A DNA stretch of 64,000 bases. Origin: Octopus vulgaris (lineage: Eukaryota). The stretch's first letter is position 1; every line of letters begins with the position of its first letter. A program made the translations under genes and the position numbers. Under the pieces are notes generated by a model that saw nothing but the letters and a program-made list of their open reading frames with translations, did no database searches and was not told the origin of the DNA. Of the stretch, positions 36,500 through 50,444 are shown piece after piece. The stretch lies in the NCBI GenBank assembly GCA_951406725.2, contig OX597820.1, forward strand, positions 112,344,001 to 112,408,000, written 5' to 3'.

Positions 36500-39400
36500 T
36501 GCAAAGATTTTTTTGTCTCCTATTGCTGACCTCATGGAACAGAGACTATGTGATCAAGCTAGAGTAATATGAAAAAAATCATTGGTTCACAGAAGTAGAG
36601 CTTGAAGCTATCAAAAGATGGGTCTTGGAAAATAACAGCAGAGATAACGATGAAAATACAGTTCTTACAAATAAAAGTAATCTCATAGTACAGGAAAGGA
36701 GCAGTGGTAGCTTACTTGATGGGAGACATATAGATGATCTGAAAGAAGACAATAAAACTAATGGTGATATGACAGATGAACAAAAGGCAATCTATGACAG
36801 AATAAAGGCAAGACTACAGGAGAACGATAGTGACATTATTTGCAACCTTAAAAGTTGATCAGTGGAAATTGAACCAAGAAATGAAAAAAGTCAATGAAAT
36901 CCTGCAATATATTAGAACAAACAACATCACAGAAACAAATAATTTCATCACCGCAGCAAGTTTTGTTGTAGCAGAAAACGTGGGTGTTGATGTCAAAAAA
37001 AAAAAAGAAATATAATGGGAGTGAAAAAAGAAAAGATCCATGGTGGAAAAGAAGAATACAGGCAAGGTTTGATAGGCTCTCAAAAGATATTTCTGAGTTA
37101 GACCGAAAAGAGAAAGAGGAGCTTAAAAGCGAACAAAAATACAGGGCACTGAACAGGAAGTATAATATTGAAAGAAAGGGCCTGAAAGTGGTAATGGAAG
37201 AATTGAAACAGTGCCTCGTTGCAAAGAAAGTAAAGATGGTAAGATATGACCAAAGAATGAAGGGTTACCAGCAGACTAGATTATTCAGGGTAGATTAGAA
37301 GAGATTCTACAGAGAAATAAATGGAGAAAAGTTGATACCAGATAACAGTGAAAGTCAAAGGTTTTGAAGTGACAACTGGATCAAAGACAAGGAGCACAAG
37401 AAGGATGCTGAATGGTTGCAAGAACTGAAACAAACAGTAGTCTGTCCAAAACAAGCAGAACTAACCACTTCAGTTAGGGAGGAAGTGAAGGAAATCAGCA
37501 AAGAAAATGGGCAACTGGAAGGCCCCGGGACTAGATGGAGTTCAAGGCTACTGGATCAATAGATTTGGTGAATGTCATGCACGAATAGCTGTGCAACTTA
37601 ACACCTTGTTAAATGCCAACCAAGGAACACCAGAGTGGTTGACATTGGGTAGGACAGTGTTGTGCTTGAAAAACATTGAAATAGGTAATACGGTAAATAA
37701 TTACAGGCCGATATCCTGTTTGCCACTTATGTGGAAATTATTGACTGGAATACTTGCAGAGTCACTGTACAAACATCTGAAAAAAAATGGAGTCCTGCCA
37801 CATGAGCAGAAGGGTTGCAATCTTAAGTGCAGAGGTACCAAGGATCAACTCCTGGTAGACAAAACTGTACTTAGAGAATGCAAGAGGAGGAAAAGTAACT
37901 TAGCTATGTCATGGATCGACTATCATAAGGCATACGATATGATCCCACATTCTTGGATTATGGAATGTATGAACCTATTTGGTATTGCATCGAATGTTGA
38001 GCAATTGCTTGGAAAAGGTATGGCAAATTGGAGGACAGACCTGACAGCATATGGAAGAAGTTTAGGGACAGTAGAAATCAAGAGAGTCATTGTCTGTCCC
38101 CATAGATCTTTGTACTGTGCTTGATGCCACTAACACTGATTCTGAAGAAAGCAAAAGCTGGGTATGTATTCAAAAGACGCTAACAAAAAGTCAACCACTT
38201 GTTATTCATGGATGACCTCAAACTTTATGGTAAAGATGAATCCCAAGTCAGTTCCCTTGTTGATACGGTGTATACTTTCAGTGCTGATATCAGAATAGAG
38301 TTTGGACTAAGAAGGTGTGGTGTGTTAGTCTTGAAGAGAGGCAAAATCAAATGTATGGACGGGCTAACGATACCGTTGGGAAGATTATGGAGCAGATAGA
38401 AGAGACGTGTTATAAATACTTGGGAATATTGAAAATGGATAAATTGATGGAGAAAGAAATGACAAAAAAATTTAAGGTGGAGTACTTGCGCAGACTGAGA
38501 CTGATCCTTAAGTCAAAATTAAATGGATCGAATAAGATTGAAGCTATCAACATCTGGGTGGCTTCCTTCCTTAGATATGGAGCAAGGGTAATTGCATGGA
38601 CAGTAGATGAACTAAACAGCTTACACAGAAAGACAAGGAAGTTGCTAACTAGATATGGGACACTCCACCCAAAAAGTGACACAGACTGTATGTACCAAGA
38701 AAAAGAGGGGGACGAGGACTGATTGGATGCGAACACAGCATTAGAGTAGAAGAAAACAACATAGTATGGTATGTAAAAAATGCCACAGAACCACTATTAT
38801 TGGAAGTAAGAAGGTCAGGCTTGTGTAGGATGAAAGATGGCAAAGATAAAGCACTGTACAAGCACTTGAGAATGAATGAAACTGAAAATAGGTGACTAAA
38901 GAAAAGAATGCATGGACAATTTCATAGGAATGTGGAAGATAGCTATGGATGGCCAAAAGTGATTTAAATCAGAAACAGAGGTTCCAATCTGTGATGCCCA
39001 AGAGCAAGAACTAAGAATGAATTACATCAAATACAGAATGGACAACACATCAGAAAGTGATAAGTGCAGAATTTGTGGACAAAATTGTTAAACCGTATGG
39101 AATATTACCAGTCAATGTACACCACTGGCCCAGAAAGAGTATAAGAGACGTCATGACAATATAGCAAGGCTTGTCCATTGGACACTTTGCAACAAGTATG
39201 GACTTGACAGAGCAAAAAAGTGGTATGAACATAAACCTGAAGGCATCATCAAAGCTGATAATGCAAAGATCCTATGGGATTTTATGATTCAGTGCAACCA
39301 TGAGACAGAGTATAGGAAGCCAGACATAGTATTAATTGAGAAAGAAAGTAAACAATGTTGGATCATAGATATAGCATGCCCAGCTGACAACAATATATGT

Positions 39401-39695
39401 GATAAGGAAGAAAGAAAAGTCAAAAGATATGACAGGTTAGCTTGGGAAGTTAATCAGTTGTGATTCATGAAAAAGATGGTAGTTGTACCAATAATTATCA
39501 GATCCCTGGAAACAGAGAGTAAAAATCTTGAGAAGTACATGGAAAAAATAGGGCTGTAATAAGGATGGAGCACTTGCAGAAAACAGCACTGCTTGGAACT
39601 GCTCAAATACTCTGAATGGTGCTCGAAAAATGAGTGTTACCTTAGTTCACTGGTAGTGAACAGCTGGCACCGTAGTACTTGTGCAAAGACAATAA

Positions 39696-39697
<2 letters not shown>
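36500..39697 (+). mobile_element. R4/Dong-like non-LTR retrotransposon (RT + CCHC + restriction-like endonuclease), near full length, inactivated
   Basis: [45 protein letters not shown]..., RHD, KPDIV, IIDIACP; stops and frameshifts; ends at (TAA)n 39698-39745. Confidence 0.9.
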
Positions 39698-39746
<49 letters not shown>

Positions 39747-39839
39747 GGGTGTCAGAAAAATGCTTAGCAGCATTTCTTCTGGTTCTTTATGTTCTGAGTT
39801 CAATTTTTGTCAAGGTCAACTTTGCCTTTCATCCTTGTG

Positions 39840-41683
39840 CATAGCCTGGATAGACTTTGAAAAGGCTTATGACATGTTGCTGCATTCATGGATTCTGGAA
39901 ACACTCCACATGACTGGAATAGTTGAGAATGTGTGTGCACTGATTAAGAAGAGCATACCTAGTTGGAAAACATGTCTTTTTAGTAACAACCAACACTTAG
40001 CCGAGGTAACAATCAAAAGAGGTATCTTCCAAGGAGACTCTTGTTTACCTTTGTTATTTGTTATAACCTTGATCCCACTTTCTGTAGTCCTATGCAAAAT
40101 CAATGCACACTAAGAACTAAAAAAGAATGGACCTCGTCTCAACTACCTTCTCTTCATGGATGATTTAAAACTGTTCGCAAAAAAAGAGCCTGAAACAGAG
40201 AGGCTGGTTGAGAATGTACAAATGTGCAGCAAGGATACAGGGATGGAATTCGGTATCTCGAAGTATGCAGTGCTTACTTTGAAGTGGAGGAAAAGAATAA
40301 ATTGTAGGGGCATAGAATTGCCAAATGAAGAGAGAATGGAAGACCCAGATGATGATGGGTACAAGTACCTTGTGATCTTGGAGATGGACAATATCTTGCA
40401 TAAAGAAGTGAAAGACAAGGTCATCACTGCATATTTCAAGCACCTTAAACTTCTCTTGAAATCAAAACTCAACTCAAGGAACCTTGTGACTGCTATCAGT
40501 ATATGGGATTTTGCTGTAGTCTGCTATAGCGTACCCATCCTGAAATGGACACGAGCTGAGATTAACCAACTCGATCACACTACCCAAAAGACATTGTCAA
40601 TGCATGGTGCCCTCCACCCTAAGGTGAATGTACATAGGCTCTACATGAAGAGGTGTAGGGGTGGATGTGAACTGATTAGTGTATGGGAGTGCATCAACAG
40701 TGAAAGAAGAAACATGGCAAAATATTTGGTAAATAGCAGACAAGACCTGTTACAATATGCTACTAATGCAGAAGGATTTACCAAAAATGGACTTGAGTGC
40801 TAATGAATTCCAATCATGAATAGCCAATAGGAAAGAAGAAACTCTACTCTGCATGGTCAGTTCCATCATGAAACTAACAACTTAAAAGACCAGGAAGCAA
40901 TATGGAGGTGACTAAGCAAGGGTGACATAAAAAACAAGACTGAAAGCCTAATCATTGCTGCCCAGGATCAGGCATTGTATACTAACTCAGTGAAAAGGGA
41001 TATATATCATACAAGTGCAACAAACCTCTGCAAAATGTGTGGGAAGAGAGTTGAAAGCATAACTCGCATTGTCAGTGCTTGTGAAAGTTTTGCACAGAAA
41101 GAGTACAAGCACAGACATGATAAGGTAGCTTCACTGGCTACTATGCCAGAAGTATGGATATGAGGTAACGGGTGCTTGGTACCAACATACATTGAAAAAT
41201 GTAACTGACAAAAAGGGGAAAGCAAAAATCCTCTGGGACTTTGACTTCCAGACAGACAAGGTGTTGGAGCACTGAAGGCTGGATATAGTAACCTTTAGGA
41301 GGGATAAACAGGAGTGCCTAATAATCGAGGGAGCAGTGCCAGGAGATCAACATATTATCATGAAAGAAAGAGAAAAGATGGATAAATATGGAGTCCTGAG
41401 AATTGAGATCACCAAGATGTGGCAGCTACGAGAGTCAAACATAAAGGTTGTCCCTATTGTCATTGGAGCATTGGGTTCAATACCTGAAGAAACATCTGGA
41501 AACTTTAGAAATACCCTACAATCTAGGTATATGGCAAAAATCAGCATGACTTAGAACTACATGCATATTGCATAAAGTTCTGTCTGTCTGAGGTCCTTTT
41601 TGTGATTTGACACAGTATAAACCTTTTGGTAGACACAATATCTTCAATCAACAACCTTACGATATTGTATACTGTGTGACGTC

Positions 41684-41684
<1 letters not shown>
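39840..41684 (+). mobile_element. Second R4/Dong-like element, 5'-truncated, different subfamily
   Basis: AWIDFEKAYD, GIFQGDS, FMDDLKLFA, CKMCG...ESITRIVSAC, RHD, VVPIVIGALG; followed by (TAA)n 41685-41748. Confidence 0.9.
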
Positions 41685-41749
<65 letters not shown>

Positions 41750-41751
<2 letters not shown>

Positions 41752-42198
41752 CGGTATAAAAGATGGGCTACAGCAAATATTCTGTTCAATACCACAGATT
41801 TGCTTGTCAGTTGCTTGACCGTAACTAGTTGAGCATGTCCCTTGGTGGCAGATGATATGTGCATCTCTGATCATGAGCAGAGGTAGTAGGGGAGCATCAT
41901 AGCCATGGGTTGAGAGGAATTATTTGGAGTTTGAATAATTCACCTCTGGAAACATGGATGTTTTGTTCAACATCCTTTTGAACAGGATGAGCTACTTGAC
42001 GTGTAAAATTCTAACTGGGCCCTACTTGCAAGGTCATATGCTGTTTATCTTGATATGAGATCACCATGTTGCACTCATATGGTTGTGATGCATGTGCCTG
42101 GTGTACCCTTATCAGATGGGTAGTCATGATGGGTATACTGGGCTTCGTATATTTTACCTTAGTGTCCCTTTGATGGCATGTACTGTTCTCTCATTCAG
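41750..42198 (+). mobile_element. Non-coding (TAA)n-bounded repeat (LINE 3' UTR or SINE partner); partial copy at about 46190-46460
   Basis: GGTATAAAAGATGGGCTACAGCAAATATTCTG... is shared by both loci and both follow (AAT)n runs. Confidence 0.65.
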
Positions 42199-42209
42199 TA
42201 ATAATAATA

Positions 42210-42712
42210 AAAAATATGAACAAAAACGTAGAAACTATACTTAGACCTTCAACACTATGCCCTATTGAAAAAATAGCCTTGCTAAGAACAGCCCACATCC
42301 TACACAAAACATTATCAATTCAATAATACAACCCAAACAAAACAATCCACAAACACAAGGCACACTCTATGTAGCAAATATTCAATAAAATAAACAATGA
42401 CCAGAAGGTTAGATACCCAATGCATTACACACACAACACACAGTACAAACACTGATTCAACAAAAGATGGCACCAGACACCATAACAAAAGAAACTGATG
42501 CAATTCAATACCAGGAAGAGTTTGCCCATCCCCAACAACAAAAAAGAACACACAATGCTGCCCACACCCCAGAAACACAGGGCTGTAGCAGGTGATGGCA
42601 TAAAAATTTGCCTGAAACTACCAAATGTTGAATAATAATAATAATGATGATGATGATAATAAATAGTGCTCATGGGAACTGCTCATATCCTATGTAAAAT
42701 ATTGTCTATGTA
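42210..42712 (+). mobile_element. Two short R4/Dong-like 3'-end fragments
   Basis: IEKIALLRTAHILHKTLSI plus 3' UTR, then (TAA/TGA)n, then IVLMGTAHILCKILSM-stop. Confidence 0.7.
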
Positions 42713-43049
42713 ATCCCCAAAAATATTTTAATCCGTAAACAGTGTCAAAATACTTTTAAATATACATAACAGCAAACACCTTTTGCTGTCATCTTAACAT
42801 CAGACTATCATCTCATAATCAAATTACCTAAAAAAAGAACCTTCTAATTTACTTATGTTTTGACAGACATTCTCTAGAACAGGGGATTTTCAGAGGATAG
42901 GGTGATAAAAAAGTACATGTGTTATAGAGAATTAACAAAAAAAAAAAAATAAAGGAAGCAAGTATTTGTTGTAAACATAAAAATAAAATTCAGATAAATG
43001 AATAAATAAATGATGATGATGGTGTAGTCCTCTTGATACAGGAGGGCTT

Positions 43050-43710
43050 CTAGGGCGAATCAAGGAACCCCATCATCCAAGATCTCCCTGAACACTAAGG
43101 CCAAGTGCCTTCCCCAATATTTGTTCTTCAGCTTTCAGGTCTACACATTGAAGGGTACCATCCACTCTTACCATTTTCGTCAATTTCACTCACCTTTCAA
43201 TAAATTCATTTGAGGACAGTATCTCCCCCTCCACCATCACTTTCTTTATCAGGTGCTGTTTCTAAAAGTTGATGAGTGATTTACCAAAGAGTTAAGTCAC
43301 TCTCTGTATACCTTTTGACCGTGTCCATCACATATCCTCATATGCTATAGCCACTAGACAAAAGAAAACTGCCTTCCCTATCTAGTTCAAGGAAATCATT
43401 CATCACTTTGGACTCAGCCAGTTGCTGGATCCATCCTGCATGTGACAATAGCTATTCAACATAATCCCACAAGTCATCAATGCCTAGACACTGAATGAGT
43501 GTGTGCAGAATGGTTTTGTTGTTTTGCACACATCTTGGACATGCCCTTCAGATGTAGCTTTGTTTCTGAAACTGGTAGTGCTCTTCAGCAGCACTGCCAG
43601 ACCAAAGAATTCTGGCAATTATCAGTTGTAGTTTCCGATCAGAAAGTCCTCCAGAACAGACTAGCCAGTTTGTCTCCATTGATGCCAATGGTCTCCTCAA
43701 CAACACTGCT
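43050..43710 (-). mobile_element. L1/Tx1-like LINE 3' fragment
   Basis: VEETIGINGDKLASLFWRTF...SLVWQCC.RALPV aligns with LGETLGFDEYQLTSLFQRTF...SLAWQCYRGALPV of ORF 63263..63958. Confidence 0.7.
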
Positions 43711-43714
43711 AGAT

Positions 43715-44180
43715 TGATATACAAACTGACAAACTAACAGATAGATAGATATAAACAGATAAACAGATTGATAGACAGGCAGACAACAAATATGTAGATA
43801 GACAGGCCAATAGATAGACAGATAAGTTGATTGGCAAGCAGATATATAGATAGATAGACAGATAGACAGACAGGTGGATAGATAAATAAACATAAATTGA
43901 TAAGTAGATAAATAGATAGATATAAAGATAGATAAGTTTCTTTATTGGCCACACAGGGCTGCACACAGATGGGACAAATTACAAGGTAGAGCTTTTCTTT
44001 TGTGGGATGAAAAAAACCAAAAAAAAACAACAAAAAACAAAAGAAACAAAAAAGTGGCATAGATTTTCAATCAAAAGGGATCGTAAAAGGGGAAAAAGAA
44101 AAAAAAAAGAAAAGAAAAAAAAAGGAAAATAAAAATAAAAAAGGAAGAAAAAAGAGGAAAAAGGAGATAGATAGATAGAT

Positions 44181-44243
<63 letters not shown>

Positions 44244-44290
44244 AAGACAGATAGATAAAGAGACAGGTGGGTAGAGAGATAGACAGGCAG
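43715..44290. repeat. (GATA/GACA/GAAA)n microsatellite with an embedded probable LINE 3' UTR (approx. 43937-44165, minus)
   Basis: Direct reading; the insert ends with minus-strand AATAAAGAAA at the repeat boundary. Confidence 0.7.
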
Positions 44291-44311
44291 AAAAGTTTAT
44301 CAGATACTTAC

Positions 44312-44374
44312 CAGAAAGAGAGTATTTAAAATAAAGAAAACTAATTTCACGACATTTATGGTCTTCAGCGACAT
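44312..44374 (-). CDS. Tetraspanin, coding exon 1 (MSLKTINVVKLVFFILNTLFL; N-terminus and first part of TM1)
   Basis: ATG at 44374 (context CACAATG); 63 nt; ends CTG|GTAAGT. K..F..N..F pattern typical of tetraspanin TM1. Acceptor tttgctttatcattccag| at 44408/44407 implies a 33-nt 5' UTR part and an upstream non-coding exon. Confidence 0.88.
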
Positions 44375-44508
44375 TGTGGTAATAGTGAAATCTCTTCAGG
44401 TGTATTCCTGGAATGATAAAGCAAAGGATCTTTTAACATAACGATTGTTAGTGTTTTTGAAGAATATATATATATATGATAGAAATATTAAAATTACTAA
44501 GTCTCTAT

Positions 44509-44660
<152 letters not shown>

Positions 44661-44994
44661 CAGTTCAGATATGATATATATAATATTATATAATATATAT
44701 GTATGTTTTTTTCCTTGTCTAGCATTTCTGGATCTATAGGAAATATTATATTGACAAGGAAATGAACCTTCGGTTCTAATCCAGAAATTTAGTCGTCTAT
44801 AATTAATCCATAGGCTGGGTTTTCGTTATTTTCTGCCTTTTTTGCCGTGTACAGCTTACAAATTCTGTTTGTTTGTGGAGACTTTTATACTAGTAGAGGA
44901 ATATAGTGACAAATTTTGGCTGCTATTTCTAATATTTTCGGTTATGTGGTTTTGATTTCAACTTGTTGCATTTAACCCTGACTATTATAAATTA

Positions 44995-45125
<131 letters not shown>

Positions 45126-45128
45126 TAT

Positions 45129-45185
<57 letters not shown>

Positions 45186-45590
45186 TATAATTAATTCCCA
45201 CTCTTCTTCCCCAGAAAATTACAAAACAAAACAAAAGAAAAAATTCCAGAATATTGCATATAAAAAAAAGTTACAAATAGAAGTTGGCATGAGAGAGTTT
45301 TAGAGTTTTGGTTGACATTATCTCAGGAACTGAAATAAGTGATATTCTTTAGAGTTAATAGCAATAGCAATGGTTTCAAATTTTGGCACTAGGCCAGCAA
45401 TTTTAGAAGGATGGTTGATTACATTGACCCCTGTGCTCAACTGGTACTTATTTCATCAACCCCACCAAAAATGAAAGGCAAAATCGGCCTTGATTGAATT
45501 TGAACTCAAAACAGAATCGGAAGAAATACCACCAAGAATTTTGTATGGCTTCCTGATGATTCTGTCAGCTTACCACCTTAGTAAAGATAA

Positions 45591-45623
<33 letters not shown>

Positions 45624-45872
45624 GCTGCTTGCTGCTGCTGCTGCACCTCCTCCTCCTCCTCCCTCCCTTCCCCTCCTGCTCCTGCTCCTGCTCCTCCTCC
45701 TGCTCCTCCTCCTGCTCCTCCTCCTGCTCCTCCTGCTCCTGCTCCTCCTCCTGCTCCTCCTGCTCCTCCCTCCCCCCTCCTGCTCCTGCTCCTGCTCCTG
45801 CTCCTCCTGCTCCTCCTCCTGCTCCTGCTCCTCCTCCTGCTCCTCCTCCTCCTCCTCCTCCTCCTCCTCCTC

Positions 45873-45907
<35 letters not shown>

Positions 45908-45917
45908 GCTGCTGCTG

Positions 45918-45966
<49 letters not shown>

Positions 45967-45968
45967 CA
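45591..45968. repeat. Compound trinucleotide repeat (CTA)n(CTG)n(CTC/CTG)n(CTA)n
   Basis: Direct reading; source of poly-L/P/S/G ORFs. Confidence 0.95.
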
Positions 45969-46091
45969 CTCCTTTCTACTATAGGCACAAGGCTTGAAGT
46001 TTTTGAGTACTCAACTGGTTGATAATTTATCAACCCCAAAAGGATGAAAGGTAAAGTTGATTCAGCAGAATTAAATAATAATAATAATAAC

Positions 46092-46140
<49 letters not shown>

Positions 46141-47438
46141 GTACCAGGCAGTGGATTTTGATCTTAACTGATTCGAAGTGCTATCATGTACATGCTTTGT
46201 CTTGGTATAAAAGATGGGCTACAGCAAATATTCTGCTAAATACCACAAATTTACTTGTCAGTTCCTTGACCTTAACCAGCTGAGCATGTCCCTTAGTGGC
46301 TGACGATATGTGCATCTCTGATTATGAGCAGAAGTAGTGGTGGAGCATCATAGTCATGTGTTAAGAGGAATTCTTTGGGGTTTGAATAATTCACCTCTGG
46401 AAACATTCTTTAAAAAACCTTATTCAGAAACCTTTTGAGTGAGATGGGTTACTCAACCTGAAGAAAGCAGAGCTCAAGGTCAATCTGTACCAAGCAGCTT
46501 CACTCTGTGTGCTTTAGCTTTATTACTATGGCAACAGTCACATTTTGTGTTATGTTATACATCATCATCATCTTCATTTAGTGCCTGCTTTCTATGCTGG
46601 CATGGATTGGACTGTTTGACTAGAACTGATAAGCCAGAAAGCTGCACCAAGTTCCAGTCTGATTTGGCATGGTTTCTATGGCTGGATGCCCTTCCTAATG
46701 CCAACTACTCCAAGAGTGTAATGGGTGATTTTTACATGCCACAGGTACAGATACTTTTATAGGCCACCAGCACAGGTGTCAGTTATATGACACAGGCATT
46801 GGCCATGATTATGATTTCACTTGGCTTGATGAGTCTTCTTAAGCACGGCATATTTCCAAAGGTCTTAGTCACTTGTCATCCCCTAAGTGAGGCCCCCCAC
46901 CGTTTGAAGATCATATTTCACTACCTCATCCCATGTCTTTTTGGGTCTACCTTTTCCACAGGTTTCCTCCACAGTTAGAGATTGGCATTTCTTTACACAG
47001 CTGTCCTAATCCTTATCAGTCATATGACCATACCAGCACATGACAGGCTTCTTTCAGTATCTGTCAACCAAATCCACTCACAAGGCTTTGGTCACCCCAA
47101 GGAGACATTCACCCAAGGTGCTACATAGTGGGACTGAATCCAGAACTATGTGGTTGGGAAGCAAACTTCTTACCACACATCCACACTTGAGCCTCTCTCT
47201 ATATATATACCAATACAGTTGTACAATAAGTAAATGTGTTTGAAAGTATTGGTTTCTTTGGTATGTTTGTTCCCAAACAACACTTATTTTAGTGCTGTTG
47301 ACACCGCCGGATTGAATGGTACTGTCCAGGTGTCAAAACCATAATGATATCTGTGGGGCAGCTGATGATGGAGGTATGCTGGATTGTTAGTACGTCTGTT
47401 TTTGTATATGTGGAATAGTATTATAACACATCCTTTTG

Positions 47439-47475
<37 letters not shown>

Positions 47476-47542
47476 TCTATACACACACACACACATATAT
47501 CAAAAGGATGTGTTATAATATATATATATATATATATAGAAG

Positions 47543-47838
47543 AGGCACAATGGCCCAGTGGTTAGGGCAATGGACTTGTAGTTGTAGGATCGCGGTTTCA
47601 ATTCCCAGACCGGGTATTGTGAGTGTTTATTGAGTGAAAACACCTAAATCTGCACGAGGCTCCGGCAGGGGGATGGAGGCGATCCCTGCTGTACTCTTTC
47701 CCCACAACTTTCTCTCATTGTTTCTTCTGTTGGCCTGCTTGCTTAGCCAGCGGGGTGGCGTCATTTGAAGGCTAAAACAATGCAACAATGTGAAGCGCAT
47801 TGTGACCAGCAATGTGTAGCAACATCTGATAGCCTAGT
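47543..47838 (+). mobile_element. tRNA-derived SINE, family D
   Basis: A box TGGCCCAGTGG, B box GGTTTCAATTCC, ~300-bp body, poly(A) tail. Confidence 0.75.
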
Positions 47839-47839
47839 C

Positions 47840-47869
<30 letters not shown>

Positions 47870-47870
<1 letters not shown>

Positions 47871-48880
47871 TCTTGTCTGTCTTGTTACAGTATTCACTCA
47901 GGAGGGGTTAAGCCAGCTCCTATTGAGTTCATGCAACTCTGTCAGTTGTTGATTATGCGGCCGGTTGAAGCCATTCCTGGTTTCAGTGTCAAACATTAAA
48001 GTTTCAAGGTCTGTTTTGAATGTCATACTATGACCGTCATGGGCCACGTCTTCAGCTGAACAACACTCCACTTACTCCAACCTGCAATGTGTGGCCAAAC
48101 CACCATAGTCTCCTCATCAGAAGAGTTCCCTCAAGAACTGAGAGACAAGTATAAAGTCTGAGATATGCAGTCGAAGAAGTCGACAAATACAAAAGTGATC
48201 CAAGACCTCCATCTTCTGGTGATCAGCAACACACATTGGCCAGGTGTGACAACCATAGAGGAGAACTGTTTGGACAAGTGCTTGGTAAATACAGCATTTC
48301 GTTGCAAGGTGGATTTCCTGACACAATCACAAGCACTTATGGAGGCACCAGAAGGCTGACTGTGTGCAAATTGATCTGAGTGGAGATCTCATCCTTCCCA
48401 TAGCCAGTAGCAGTAACGGTGAATCTGAGATATTTGAACTCCTCAACCTCTTCCACAACCTCTCCATCAAGATGAATAGTGACCTTGGAGGAGGGAGGTA
48501 TGTTGGCTGAGTGGACCTTCGTTTTTGAGACATTGATCTTCATAACAACCCTTGCAGCTGCAAGTTTTAACGTATCAAGAGTGCATTGGATGTCACCATA
48601 GGACTCCCCTAGGATGGCAACATCGTTGGCAAAGACAAGATCAGTGACTGAGAAATTGCATCCTTCCCTGGCCTCAGAGGATCCAATCGATGATGAATTT
48701 AAAAAGTGTGAGTGATCGGACACAACCTTGGTGAACATCTGTTTGAACAGTGAAGAAATCAGACGTGTCTGCATAGCACCATACTCTGGTTTTCATATAA
48801 GCATAATATGCAAGGATAAGGATGAGGAGCTTGGTTGGAAGACCATCTCAACTCATGACCTCCCATAAGCTGGTATGGTC
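47870..48880 (-). mobile_element. RTE-like LINE fragment (second family)
   Basis: DLVFANDVAIL (YADD-like), KINVSKTKV, VEEVEEFKYL, TKCCIYQALVQTVLLYGCHTW. Confidence 0.8.
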
Positions 48881-48951
48881 CACTGAATCTGATTGGTGCA
48901 GCTTCTTCCTTGTCAAAAACTGCATTGGTTTGGCAAGGTTCAATGGAGATA

Positions 48952-49818
48952 TACAGGGTGCAGTGAATAAACTGTCATCTAAATTGTACCAAAACGAAAA
49001 TAACACTGACATCTCATTGTAGCAGATATATTTACCAAAATTACATACAAATATCTTGAAATATTAAAGAGTAAATTTATTCAATAAAATCACCATTGGC
49101 TTCAACCACGGCCTCCAGACGACTTCCGAATTGCCTCAACTCTTCTGTATGGTCTCCTTGTTTAAGTTGGTGAATGTTACCATATTCTTTGCCTTCAGTG
49201 TTACAAGGAGTTTTGTTGGTCTCTCACTCAACGGTGCTTCACACATAATAATCAAGAAGGTTACAGTCTGGGGAGTTAAGTAGCCAGATAATAGGGGTGA
49301 TGTGGTTGCAGAAATTGTCTGACGGCCATGACTGGGTTCTTCTGCTTGTGTGGCATGGTGCAGAGTCCTGCTGTCAGACACAGGGTCTTCCAGCAGCCAC
49401 CCTCTTGATCCATGGCAGCACTACCTTCTCCAGGCACTTGATGTAGGCCTCCATGTTGAGTGTGAGGCCACGTGGGAAGGTGAATGGAGGCATAACTTTG
49501 CCATCAGTAGTGATCACTCCAAACACCATGATGTTGACTGGATGTTTGATTTTTATCACTCTCGGTACATGTACTCAGATTGCACTGTCCTCAGATTGAC
49601 ACCCAATCACTCTGAAATGTTCATACTGGAGCTTCCGGTGTGAATGCCAAGCAGTACAGCATGTTGTTTCCAAATTTCTGGCAGAGTGAACTGCGTCATG
49701 GTGCTGTTTTGCTCAACTGACTCTACTATACTGTGTAGTTGACAAAATCAAAAACAAACAATGTGCATGCACAAATTTTAAAATATAAAATGGCAACAAT
49801 TTACTCATTGCATTGTGT
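48952..49818 (-). mobile_element. Internally deleted mariner-type element with both imperfect TIRs
   Basis: TA-CAGGGTGCAGTGAATAAACTG ... CAATTTACTCATTGCATTGTG-TA; ORF KHPVNIMVFGVITTDGKVMPPF. Confidence 0.82.
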
Positions 49819-50444
49819 ATATATATATATATATATATATACATAATACAATAACCTTGCAGCAGATTAAAGTGATAATGCCTTGTATGTATTGTGTTGG
49901 GAACAAGCGTTCTATTCATGTGTATGGGAGTATATTTTCAACCACATATCTATGTGTGTGTATGTATGTATGTATGTATGTATGTATGTATGTATGTATG
50001 TATATATGTTTTTATGTATGTATGCCTGTATGTTGTCAGCTGAAGCTATTTAATGTGAGTCAGACGTTTTTCTTTTCTTTTTTTATTAGAGTCTTGGGAT
50101 TTCTAGTTTGTCATGTAAATCTTTTGTTACAAAACTCAGACTATAAAAATATGTGTTCGTGTGAAATGGGATTGTATAGATTAAGTACATATTTCACATA
50201 ACACAAGGTGTTTTAAGTGAGGGTGTGGATGGGAATCAGTAGTTTAGATATATAAACCACCATAGCACAAATAATGTATAAAAGGTGTGTTGAATCCATG
50301 GCATTTCGAACTTGGTGAATTAGATCTATTGATAAGAAGATATTGCAAACTATTGGCATAAATAAAGATATAGAACCCTTAGAACTATAATTATGGGTGT
50401 GAAATGGATTGATTGTTAGCACGGATGCCAATCATTGAATTTGA

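Noticed and set aside
37507-40803. RT ORFs as an active retroelement or a prokaryotic RT system (retron/DGR)
   Set aside because: Multiple stops and frameshifts; motifs (FMDD, CCHC, RHD, PD..D) are those of eukaryotic R4/Dong-like LINEs.
45490-46283. Poly-Pro/Leu/Ser/Gly/Asn ORFs resembling structural proteins
   Set aside because: Open in most frames on both strands because of trinucleotide repeats; flanked by SINE fragments.
47543-47615. tRNA-like sequences (also 4100 and 10201)
   Set aside because: A/B boxes present but no complete cloverleaf; they are heads of multi-copy SINEs.
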